Below, one piece after another: positions 52,261-64,000 of a stretch of 64,000 nucleotides of DNA (its first letter is position 1; each line of letters opens with the position of its first letter). The stretch lies in assembly GCA_951406725.2 (NCBI GenBank), contig OX597816.1, positions 136,462,001-136,526,000 of the forward strand, in the 5' to 3' direction. The position numbers and the translations under genes were made by a program. The stretch is from Octopus vulgaris. Lineage: Eukaryota. The notes under the pieces were generated by a model. That model searched no databases, was not told the DNA's origin, and saw nothing but the letters and a program-made list of their open reading frames with translations.

Positions 52261-52854
52261 GTGAAATTATTAATAGTGAAACCTATTAAAAGTGAAAGTA
52301 TTATCTCACATTACAATAGAGATGTTATTGTTTCACTTTTGACATGCAATACTGAGATAGTGTAAGAGATTGCTCTGGGCTTGCATTAGGCAAGAAGTTG
52401 AAAATGATTTGAGCCCATGACACTGCATGGACCCTAAGTAAGGCGTGTGTAAAATCTGAATGGAATTGGTTGGCTAGTTCTCTAGTTTTAGTGATGCACA
52501 CATACAAACACACAGACCGACAGACATTCTCAGTTTTATATATATATATATACATATATATACAAAGTGAAATTATTAATAGTGAAACCTATTAAAAGTG
52601 AAAGTATTATCTCACATTACAATAGAGACGTTATTGTTTCACTTTTGACATGCAATACTGAGATAGTGTAAGAGATTGCTCTGGGCTTGCATTAGGCAAG
52701 AAGTTGAAAATGATTTGAGCCCATGACACTGCATGGACCCTAAGTAAGGCATGTGTAAAATCTGAATGGAATTGGTTGGCTAGTTCTCTAGTTTTAGTGA
52801 TGCACACATACAAACACACAGACTGACAGACATTCTCAGTTTTATATATATAGA
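52261..52854 (-). mobile_element. Tandemly duplicated Helitron 5' end (306-bp period), same family as 41458
   Basis: Minus strand A|TCTATATATATAAAACTGAGAATG at 52854; near-identical units start at 52261 and 52567. Confidence 0.75.
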
Positions 52855-53332
52855 TACACACACACAACAGGCTTCTTTTCAGTTTCTGTCTACCAGACCC
52901 AATCACAAGGCTTTGGTTGGCCTGAGGCTACATTAGAAGACACTTCCCCAAGGTACCATGCAGTGGGGCTGAACCCATAGTCATGTGGTTGGGAAGCAGT
53001 TACAAGGTTTCAGGTTCAGTCCTTCTGTGCAACAACTTTGGCAAGATTTGGGAGATGGATACTGAAAGCCCCCCCCCCCCCAAATATGTGTGTACATATT
53101 TGCATCAATACGTGTGTGTGAGTTTGTGATCATGTCTTTTTGCCATAACATAATGCAACAGTTTTAAACAAATGTTACCATCATTTGCTGTCTGTACAAT
53201 TTCTATATGCCCTCCCCCCCCAAAAAAAAATTGATGCCCTTGTGGCAAAATTTGAAATTATTATTGTTATTATTAGTATTATTATTGCATTGGACAAAAT
53301 ACTTAGAGGCATTTCAAAGTACCAGTCAAATA

Positions 53333-54130
53333 CAGGCATACCTCACCCTACGTCATTAATTGGTTCCAGGAGACATGACTTAAGTTGAAAAGCAACTTAA
53401 ATCAAATTAACTTGTCTCTAGGCTATGCTAGGCCAAATTTACTTGTCTCTAGACTAAACCAACAATAACCATTCCCAGTTATGAATGCATTTTCAATAAT
53501 ACACGGTTAATAAAAACCTATTTTAAGCTTACAAACAAACAATTTTTATTTTTCAATACAATACAGTAAAAAAAATGTAATTTAAATTTACAAATACAAT
53601 TTGGCAGTTTTTACCGTACATCACATGCTTTATTTATGAATGCAGTTTACAATAAGACATGGTAAAAATAAAAGCCATTTTTAAACTTAGAAAACAAATT
53701 CAGTAATTATTATTATTTTGCAATAGTAAAAAAGACAATTATTTTAAATTTACCAATTCATACATACAATTAGGTGGTTTACATCACGTATGTAGATGAC
53801 TGTGGATCGTCAACATCAACAGCTGACTCTGGCTGTTCTTGTTCGATGTGTTCACTAAGCTACACTACTTTATGGTGTGTATCTTAACATTTACTGCACG
53901 TATTTTAATATGATTTTATATGCTTTTATTCTTATCTATTGTACAGTAACATGATTTTATGTGGTTTTAACGGTTTTCTGGTGATTTTACGATTCCAATA
54001 TTTGTGGTGGAAAGACGTAAAGTTGAGTAAAATGACTTCACTTGATTTTTATTTTTCCATATTATTTTTGAAAACCGATGTATTATCGAGAATGACTTAA
54101 ATCGAAACAACTTAAGCCGAGGTATGCCTG
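53333..54130. mobile_element. pogo/Tigger-type non-autonomous element inserted into a family-B SINE
   Basis: TA|CAGGCATACCTC...GAGGTATGCCTG|TA. Removing it restores aagtaccagtcaaa-ta-ctggggt of the SINE. Confidence 0.85.
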
Positions 54131-54214
54131 TACTGGGGTTTATATAATTGACTTGTCCATCCCCTCAAAATTGCTGGCTTTGTACCAGAATTGAAAAGAT
54201 TTATTATTATTATT

Positions 54215-55030
54215 AAGGTGATGGGCTGGCAGAATTATTAACATGCCTGGTTAAATGCTTAGCAGCATTTTGTTTGTTTTCAAGTTCTGAGTTCAAATTT
54301 CACCAAGGTTGACTTGGCCCTTTATCCTTATGGATAAAATAAGTACCAGTTGAACCCCCAAAATTGCTGCCCTTGTGGCAAAATTTGAAACCATTATTAT
54401 TATTATTGTTATTATTATCAAGGCATTGAGCTAGCAGAATTGTTAGCATGCCTGGTGAAATGCTTAGCGGTATTTCGTCTACCGTTACGTTCTGAGTTCA
54501 AATTCCGCGAAGGTCGACTTTGCCTTTCATCCTTTCAGTGTTGATAAATTAGGTACCAGTTACGCACTGGTTTCGATATAATCGACTTAATCCGTTTGTC
54601 CTCTCTGTGTTTAGCCCCTTGTGGGTAGTAAAGAAATAGGTATTTCGTCTACCACTACATTCTGAGTTCAAATTCTGCCAAGGTCATCTTTGCCTTTCAT
54701 CCTTTTGGAGTCAATAAAATAAGTACCAGTTATACGCTGGGGTTGATGTGATTGACTTAATCCCTTCCCCAAAATTACTGCCCTTGTGGCAAAATTTGAA
54801 ACCGTTATTAAGGCAGTGGAGCTAGTAGAATCATTAGTATGCCAGCCAAAATGCTTAGTGGCATTTCGTCCATATTTACATTCTGAGTTCAACTTCCACC
54901 AAGGTCAGCTTTGCTTTTCATCCTTTTGGGGTCAATAAAATAAGTACCAGTTGAGCACTGGGGTCAATGTAATTGACTCATCCCCTTCACCAAAAAGGCT
55001 GCCTTTGTAGCAAAATTTGAAACCATTATT
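54215..55030 (+). mobile_element. Head-to-tail cluster of family-B SINEs
   Basis: Heads aagg...gctggcagaa/gctagcagaa at ~54215, 54420 and 54809, plus an internal partial repeat; (TTA)n spacers. Confidence 0.8.
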
Positions 55031-55941
55031 ATTATTATTAATAGTAGTAGTAGCAATGGTGGCAATGGTAGTAGCCTATGTTTTTAACACTAACTAAGAG
55101 GATAGCCAAATCTCCCTCAAATTGCACACACCTGTTTCACAGAAAAAAAAATTGTCAGATAATATTGTTCTCAATACATATCTAAGAAAAATATATAAGA
55201 TAGGATGAGGGTTGATTTGGAGTTAAAACAAGAAGCTTATTTGTTGCAACTTATGTCAGACATTGTAATTAATGATTCTTATATTGTTATGTCATTATAT
55301 AGCTGTGAGATTTTTAACTTATAGCCTGGTAGTTAGTCAACTCTTTTAACAACATACTTGCAGTGATGATTAATTAAATTGTGATAATTCCTGAGTGTCA
55401 TAAAACATAACAGTCAGAGAAGAGTTCTTATCAAGGGGAATAAGTCATTAGCTATTAGCAGTTAAGAGTAGCTGCAATGAACTACTCTTCATTTAAAACA
55501 ACAGACAGACGTTTTTCCTTATTAGATATCTTAGCAATTTTTAGCTACCTTTGTTATTTCTTTCTTCATTACTCCAAGCAAAAGGTAAATGTATATTCCA
55601 TATGAATGTTGCATAACAACAAAAATATGTTAATGTAGGACAGAAAAACAATTATTAGGCAAGAAAATGTGGCAGAAGTATTTTTGATTATATACATAAA
55701 CATATATATATCTATATATATATATATATACACACACACACATTTATATATATGTATATATATTTTAATATTTGTAGTAAGCAGTGTAACAGTTTGGCAT
55801 TGGTCTGTAACAATATTTTTATATGTTAAAGCAAAGAAGTGGGCATCGGTTTATAATCTGTAGCTGAATTTCTATTTAGATTGCTTCTATAATGGGAATA
55901 TTTTTGTTAGCTGAAGCTGAAATTTTAAAACCTTGACTAAA

Positions 55942-56335
55942 GGCGTAGGAGTGGCTGTGTGGTAAGTAGCTTGCTTACAAACCACATGGTTCTGGGTTCA
56001 GCCTCACTACATGGTACCTTGGGCAAGTGTCTTCTACCATAGCCTCGGGCCAACCAAGGCCTTGTGAGTGGATTTGGTAGACGGAAACTGAAAGAAGCCC
56101 ATCGTATATATGTATATATATATATGTATGTGTGTGTGTATGTATATGTTTGTGTGTCTGTGTTTGTCGCCCCAACATCGCTTCACAACCAATGCTGGTG
56201 TGTTTACGTCCCTGTAACTTAGCGGTTCGGCAAAAGAGAATGATAGAATAAGTACTAGGATTACAAAGAATAAGTCCTAGAGTCGACTAAAGGCAGTGCT
56301 CCAGCATGGCATCAGTCAAATGACTGAAACAAGTT
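55942..56335 (+). mobile_element. SINE family A, full length
   Basis: ggcgtaggagtggctgtgtgg...gactgaaacaagt. Confidence 0.85.
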
Positions 56336-57003
56336 AAAGTTTGTCAATTGAAGTAGATATGTCATGTAAAATCACTCTTATGTCTTTTAATCCTTTCACA
56401 TTTAAACTGGCCATGTCCAGCTGAACTTTATACCTGTTTTATGTTTAAATCAGACATATCTGGCCTCTCATGCTTAGCTACAATATCATTCTAAAAAAAT
56501 ATACAGTTGCATCATTGAAATCTCAAAGGTACATGATAATGCATGGTTTATTTAAAACAATGTACCCACAATACCTGGCATCTTGCTGTACTCAAGAAGA
56601 CCTATCCTCCTCAGCAGAAGTGTTACGGTTGCCTCCTCTGGTGAAGAGGATTGCCCTGCAAGAGTCCTGTGCTGGTGTCATGTAAAAAGCACTCCTGCTG
56701 GCACCACATAAATGAACTTGTACTGGTGCCACATTAAAAAGACCCAGTGCACGCTGTAAAGTGGATGGTGTTGGGAAGGGCATCTACCATAGAAACCAAG
56801 CCAAATCAGGCTGGAACCTGTCATTTAGGATTTGGAGAGGCAGTGATGATTGTTGATGATTAAAGTAGAGGTATGTGAAGAGCAGCAGGGATGATTCTTT
56901 ACTAATTATTTTATGTAGTGAGGAACTAAGTAAATAAATAAAACTCTGCAATTACCTGTCTCTTTCAACATAGAGATAGTAGAAAAACTTTAACCCTTTA
57001 GCA

Positions 57004-57204
57004 CAGTGGTTTTCAACCAGGGTTCCGCCAGTACAGTCCAGGGGTTCCGCAAGAAGTTACAAAAATGCTAAAATCAACAGTAATTTTTAATTATCCTGTG
57101 CAGATATGTGTGCATAGGACAATTAAATTATTGCACAGGGGTTCCTCAAGCCAGTGAAATGTTTTCTTGGGGTTCCGCTCCAGCAAAAAGTTTGAAAAGC
57201 ACTG
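57004..57204. mobile_element. hAT (Charlie-like) MITE with perfect 8-bp TSD, inside a piggyBac-type MITE terminus
   Basis: CTTTAGCA|CAGTGGTTTTCAA...TTGAAAAGCACTG|CTTTAGCA. Confidence 0.9.
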
Positions 57205-59501
57205 CTTTAGCATTTAAACCGGCCCTAATATTCTATGTGTTTTATGCTCTCACACCTCCCCTGCAATACCATTCTAAAAAAGAGTGCCAAAGGGTTAAAG
57301 CAATGGTTTACAGTAATTTCATTCAAATTATTCAGGCATGAATGTGTAACTAAGATGCTTGTTTCCCAACTATGTGGTCTTGGGTTCAGTCCTACAGTGC
57401 AGTCCCTTGGGCAAGTGTCTTCTAGTATAACCCTGGGCTGGTCAAAGCCTTGTGAAAGGAATGGGTAGGCAGAAACTGAAAGAAGCCTGTCATGGTGCTG
57501 GTTTGTTTATGTCCCCATAACATTGTAGTTCAACAAAAGAGATCAATAGAATAACTACAAGGCTTTAAAAAAAAAATAAAGCAAAAAAACATGTACTGGA
57601 GTTGATTTGTTTGACTCAATCATTTAAGGTGATGCTCCAGCATGGCTGTAGTCCAGTGACTGAAACAAGTAAAATACATAAGATAAATCCGTTGCATTTT
57701 GAAAATTTAGCTTTAATATTTGTAGTTAAGCAGTTGGCAATTCCAAAACAATTTGTGGTTTGAAACAAGCATAATAAATTGTTGATCTAATGCAGCTGAT
57801 TCAGTTGTCATCGTTTGCCTATTTATTCCATTAGAGGAATGAAGAATTTATGACAAAATTACATAAATGCTTTTACTTTGTTTTGTTACATTATTATATG
57901 AAGCTCTCAACCAGAAAGCATTTCTCCAACTACATTCTTTTTTAAATTACTGACCTTTTTGGTTGAGATGATAGAAACCATGTAAAGGTCAGGTCTTTGA
58001 ATACTAATGAAGATTACATTTATATGACTTTCAAGGGCTTTGTTAATATCTATTTTAATGTCATGGGATATATTGTCATACTTTTATCTTCAGATATCAT
58101 GTTTTTTTTTTAAAACATTAACTATTACATGCTTTATACATCAGGTCGCTTACAATATCACATCTGTGTTATTCAGATTTGTCTTTCATTGCCAAATTAT
58201 ACTAACAAAATAAAGATAGCATTATATTATGTTTAATTAATCACTATTATTTTAATGTTTAGTATGCAGCTTATTACTGGTAGTAGTACATAATAAATAT
58301 TTCTTAACAGTTGGACAACGTTAGTGTTTTATAAAATTGTTATTTGAGGCAGTTTTGGTGACACTATACCTAAATGCATTTAATGTATTGTAAAAACAAT
58401 GCTTGTTGTCTTGGAAAATATTTACAAGGCTATTAAGCTAAATAAAACAACAAAAAATAAATAAATAAACAAGATTAGCAGTTATTTTCAGTTATTGCTA
58501 TAATTTATACAGATTCTTTTAACCAAGTCACTGGAAAGATAATTTTTAATTTGTCAGTGAAAATTCCTGTTGACTGATTTCTTTAGTGCTTATTAGTCAA
58601 GTAGAAACTGAAGTGGCTGTTATCAAGTAACTTAGACTTTCCAGTTCAGCTTGGAAGTCACTGTGAAGCATCTGTAAGATTATAAGCTGATCTTGTTTCT
58701 CTAGTTGTACTTATGCATTCAAACACAAAATCAATAACGAAGAGCTTTTCAACTTCATCCTTAAAAAGAAATGATTTTGTAAGTTGTTACTTTCAGTAGA
58801 TAGGAACAAATATGCTAACCTCAATAAGCTATTCATATGCATAAAGATTAGAGAAACCTCAATTATGCCAGATATACTTATCTGATACACAAATATTTAG
58901 CTAAGCACGACTAACTTCTAATTATTAAACAAAAATTGAACTTCATCCTAATTTTAGCAGAAACTCGCATAGTTAGCTTCATGTATGTAGTTAAACACCT
59001 TAATCTGCTCTGCTTCATGTATGAATGTCAGTCTTTAAGCACCATTATTGAATTAGATCCTGTTCCAGGGAAGTGCATTTATTGACTTATATGGGATTAA
59101 AATAGCTGAGGCTCGTTTTTAATGAACCAATTAAGCTAAGGAACAGTGAGTCAACAGTTGTATTGTGCATTCAGTTATAACATACTGAGCAATCTTCCTT
59201 ACTATTCTTATATTCATAATCATGTTGAATGTACTTTGGAATCTTACAAACGTTTGAACTTCAACATAACACAGATAGCAATGGTGGTTGTATTTGATTT
59301 AGTACTACTTATATTTCTTGACAAACATCTTAAGACCCCTTCACTCCACCACCCCCTCTTCTTTTTTTTGTCATTGGGCAACCCTTCCTATCAACTCTCT
59401 TTTAAGTTGACCTCACGCAGAGAAGGAAGCCTGATGAGGTCACTTTGCTAGAAATAACTGCCAGATCTCCTTTAAATCATATCCTACTGCACACATTAGA
59501 T

Positions 59502-59811
59502 CAGTGGTTCTCAAATAAATATTTCTTAACAGTATTTGTGGAACCCTTTGATTACTGTTCCATTCTGGTGGACCCCTCCCCTCCTGCATAACCATTTGAT
59601 GTTTAAAATCTAGTATTATAGATACTTTTTTCAAAATTCCTATTTTGTTTATCACATATTCACTCGTGTAGGTTGAACATTCAAGAAAGAAACTTAGTTA
59701 TTTCTTGCAATAAATAGATCTAAAGCAAAATTTTTACATGGGCCCACAATTTACTGTTTTGCTTGCATGGATCCCCCAAAATATTATATGGACCCAGATT
59801 GGGAACCACTA
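59502..59811. mobile_element. hAT (Charlie-like) MITE
   Basis: CATTAGAT|CAGTGGTTCTCAA...TTGGGAACCACTA|CATTAAAT (7/8 TSD match). Confidence 0.8.
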
Positions 59812-60774
59812 CATTAAATAATATTGTTCAAGATTCCCTTAAAAAAACTGGTTGGTCATGGCTGGAATGTCTTTAATCATAGGTATGGTGCTAAACAACT
59901 ACAGCAAACAACATTCCCTTAGCAAATCTATAATCCATTTCTTGTAGTAATGCTGTTATGTTAATAATGCTTGTAGTAATGCTGTATTGAACTTTCAGAA
60001 ATCAGGTTTCTTAGAAATTGTTTGACTTGACTCTGCAACTCGGAGACATATGTATAATACATCTGGGCAATAGCCCAAAATTTTTGCCATTGAAAAGCTG
60101 TTGAAATATGATTTATGAATGGATGATAGAATGTTGGGTAATTGACTCAGAAGTCAATGTTCTGTATCCTATTACTGGTGTTGTGTTGTGTCTAAGGCAA
60201 GTCACTTAATTTTCAACAGCTTCAGAATAGGTACAATAGGTACTGTTGAGTGTAAATTGCAGTCATGACGTTGTATCTTTAAATGATTTGCTGACTTGTT
60301 CAATTGCTAAGTTCAGGTCCTTCTGTGAGAAAAGCACTATGTAGTAGACCACTGTGCTATGCAGATAAAGATTTTGTTTCTCCCCTGCTTAACCTCATAA
60401 AAACTGTAAAATGTAATATTAGTTTCAAATTTTGGCACAAAGCCAGTAATTTTGGGGGACTCCAGTGCTCAACTCAGTACATCAACCCCAGTGCTCAACT
60501 GGTAATTATTTCATCAACCTTGAATGGATGAAAGCAGTCGACCTCAGTGGAATTTGAACTCAGAACATAAAGACTGGTGAAATGCCACTAAACATTTTGC
60601 ACAGCATGCTAACAATTCTGCCAGCTCACCACCTTAATTGTTTTGTAATATTAATTAACTGACTGATGTGGGTGGGCTACATTGATATTTGTCACTATTT
60701 CTTATTGTGGCCTTTGTGGTTGAAATTACTGTTGTTATTTTTATTTCTATTGTTATTGTTTAGGAGACTGTCTA

Positions 60775-61105
60775 TGGGGCACCTGGCACTCCATCAGTTA
60801 CAACAACAAGGGTTCTAGTTGATCCAATCAACGGAACAGCCTGCTTGCGAAATTGATATGGAAGTGGTAAAGCATTCCACAGACATGCATATTCGTAACA
60901 TAGTTCTCAGGGATATTCAGCATGACACAGAATGTGACATGGCTGGCCCTTTGGAATACAGGTACTACTCATTTTTGCTAGCTGAGTGGACTGGGGCAGC
61001 ATGAAATAAAGTGTCTTGCTCAAGGACACAATGCATCACCGAGAATTGAACTCACAAACTTATTGTCAAGAGTCAAATACCCTAACCACTAAGCCATGCA
61101 CCTTC
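60775..61105 (-). mobile_element. SINE family C (tRNA head, tgtgtccttgagcaagacac central motif)
   Basis: Minus strand: TGGCTTAGTGGttagg (A box)...gagttcaattc (B box)...gtgtccttgagcaagacactttatttc. Related pieces lie near 18600-18722, 36080-36210, 49080-49215 and 63100-63305. Confidence 0.75.
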
Positions 61106-61117
61106 ACCACAATTCTA

Positions 61118-61342
61118 GGTAATTTGACACCTGGTTATTTCACTCTCGGTATTTTGACTCTGATAATTTGACCCCTGGTTAATTTGACTGCCAGTCAGTT
61201 TCACTCCTAATATTATTGTTGTGCTTGATGATTTACAGAGTAATACAGTTAACTGAAAGTATCATTTCAGTCATCCATTAACTAGCAGTCAAATTACCGG
61301 AGCCAAAATACTGGGTGTGAAATTACCAGGAGTCAAATTACC
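61118..61342. repeat. Foldback-like element with inverted arms made of ~15-bp subrepeats
   Basis: Five ggtaatttgac-type units on the left and four inverted gtcaaattacc-type units on the right. Confidence 0.75.
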
Positions 61343-62589
61343 AGCTGCTGTGTACCACATATAAAGCATTAGGCCTGTCCTTTGTTATCAAATTCCTTTC
61401 CCAGTAGTTGCAGGGCAGTCAAATTGTAATTCTGTGTGGGAGCCAAATTATAAATATGTGAGATCAGAGTATAGAACTGGAAGTCATTACAATGAAAGAG
61501 TTGATTTCTAATAGACTGGTGTTTTTTATACATGAAGTGTAATTCTTCACAAATTCTTCTCTGAGTCGACTCTCTCCAAATTTAGCATTGAGCCACAGGA
61601 GTGCTGTAACATAAAAAAAATTACTGTTTTCTTTACATTGAATAATACACTCTCAGTTCTACAGTTTTATAACTTGGTCATGGCAGATACTGGTGTCATG
61701 CAACTGGCACCCATGCCAGTGGCACACAAAAGCACCCATTACACTCTCAGAGTGGTTGGCATTAGGAAAGGCATCCAGCCATAGAAACCATGCTAAATCA
61801 GACTAGGGTCTGGTGCAGCCCCTCAGCTTACTAGCCCTGGTCAAACTGCTCAAACCATGCCAGGATGGACAACGGACATTAAATAATTTATGATGATGAT
61901 GATGATGACCTCTACTGTTCCACAACTCAACTCCAGTTCTTAGTTTTACTCCACCGTTCTGTAATTTGATCTCCACAGTTAAATATATCTTCATCTTCTG
62001 TTCTTTTACAGAAGTTCAGTTGTGTCCAACCTGTTTGGAACAAAAAAAGCTCCCTTCGTGTGAGTGGTGCTGTTGTTTTCAATATTGTCTTTATCATCAC
62101 ACTGTGATACAAACAGATATAAAGGTCCTGCAAAGCCAGGTGTTGTAGTTGTTGCTGCTGTTGTGGCTGTTGTCTCGTCCTTATTGTTTATGTTCATCAG
62201 TGGCAGTAATTCATATACTTCATCAAGTTTTGATTGAGTATCTTTTTAAGTTATCAAAAGTTTATATGGATCACATATTGTATAGATGCTTAATAAAACA
62301 GGGCCAAATTTTTTTGTAGTGTTCTGAATTAAACAAAAATAACAACAGCAACACACAAGATAATAGCTATCAGTGAAATAATCAATAATTGTGTAACCGC
62401 TTCATAGATTCTGTTTGACAAAACTGTTTCTTAGACAATCTCTGTTCACTGAGAATGTTAAAATGTAGTGAAAGGAAGCAAGATATTTCTTGCTTTGAGC
62501 TGACGATTCATCAATTTTAAACATCATTGATTTTTATTTGTTCTAACCCTCATTGGCTCCATGGAAAACTTCTCATAATGTGTACAAGA

Positions 62590-62651
<62 letters not shown>

Positions 62652-64000
62652 TCTCCTGATATCGTTGTCTTTATTGTACAGTTTCTTGCCAAAAACAGAT
62701 CATTCTCTCTCTCTTGTCTTTCTGTTCTTCCCTCCTCTTTCTGTATCTCTCTTTTGCTCTCTCTCTCTCTCTTTCTTTCTTTCTCTCTCCCCCTCCATTC
62801 TGAAATTCAAAATATGCAGTAAATATCTTAAAAGGAAGTTATTTTGGGGAATACTTTTTTAATGATTTTTTTTTTTTTTCTGAAAATATTATTGTCATTG
62901 AAGTGTTTTTACAAAATAACAAAATTCTTGAAGGAATTTAAAGTATAGAAATTTATTGAAAATGCCATATTTTCTCTAATGTTTAATTTGACCATACACA
63001 CATGAAATATAAAAGCCAAACTTTAAAAGGGTAATAAGAGGGTTTGAGAGTTAATTAATTAGTATTTATTCTTTCCTCATATTTTTAAAGGAGATAAACT
63101 GGCATTCCGTCAGTTACGATGAGGATTCCAGTTGATCTGAATAACGGAACAGACTGCTTGTGAAGTTAATGTGTAAGTGGCTGAGCACTCCACATGTACC
63201 CTTAACATGTTCTCTGTGTGACAAGGCTGACCTTTTGAAATACGGGTACCACTCACTTTTGCCAGCTGAGTGGACTGGAGCAATATAAAATAAAGTGTCT
63301 GGCTCAAATATTCTTCCTGTTTTTATGTTCAAACTGGTTAGATCCGAACTCTCACACCTACCCTACAATGTCGTTCTAAAAATCAACACAGTTATTTCAA
63401 AACAGTGTGAATAAGTAAGCATTACATTTGATAGAGTAATTTGAATGCTGAAAGGTTAAAATGAAATAGCAATTATACAAGCTTAAGTTTGTTACTCAAT
63501 TAAATATCCCCTTTCCTTTACAGCTCATGTGTGAACAAGACTGTTTTTAGGTTAATTGTAATGATAAGTAGTCTACTACATGGGTAGTTATTTCATCTTT
63601 GATGAGCAGAATCCTGGCTGAAAATTTACAGATGATTCAGTATTGGGAGTTTCTTTAATGCTTTGCCCAATAATACCCTGTTATTAATTAGCATCGATCT
63701 TAATTTTATCATTAATATGCTCATCTTCTATTCTATTGCCAAATGTAGCCTTCCTCCATTTCAACACTGAGCATTAAAATGATGATAGTGCTGCTGCACT
63801 AACGCGTGCACACACACACACACATATACACGACAGGCTTCTTTCAGTTTCCATCTACCAAATCCACGCACAAGGCTTTGGTCGGCCTGAGGCTATAGTA
63901 GAAGATACTTGCCCATGGTGCCACACAGTGGGACTGAACCCGGAACCATGTGGTTTGTAAGCAAGCTACTTATCACACAGCCACTCATTTTCTTTTTATT

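Overview
AT-rich, repeat-dense eukaryotic DNA. The SINE, RTE and MITE repertoire points to an octopus (coleoid cephalopod); this is recognition, not a database result. The window holds the 5' part of one host gene on +, a WAPL (wings apart-like, cohesin release factor) orthologue. It has a CpG-enriched promoter near 8.2 kb, a probable non-coding first exon ending at 8349, an ~18.7-kb first intron and a 1730-nt exon (27077-28806) encoding 572 aa of the disordered N-terminus. I found no convincing next exon in the remaining 35 kb. The rest is mobile-element debris: a full-length decayed Tc1, mariner/maT/pogo/hAT/piggyBac-type MITEs (several nested), Helitrons, RTE/CR1/Penelope remnants, several SINE families and microsatellites. 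Almost all short ORFs in the track are repeat artefacts. I cannot demonstrate a new biological system. The best leads are a possible protein-coding circRNA from the large WAPL exon, an altered cohesin-binding motif set, a possible divergent spliced transcript, Helitron-linked CpG-rich promoter-like DNA, and long intronic hairpins.
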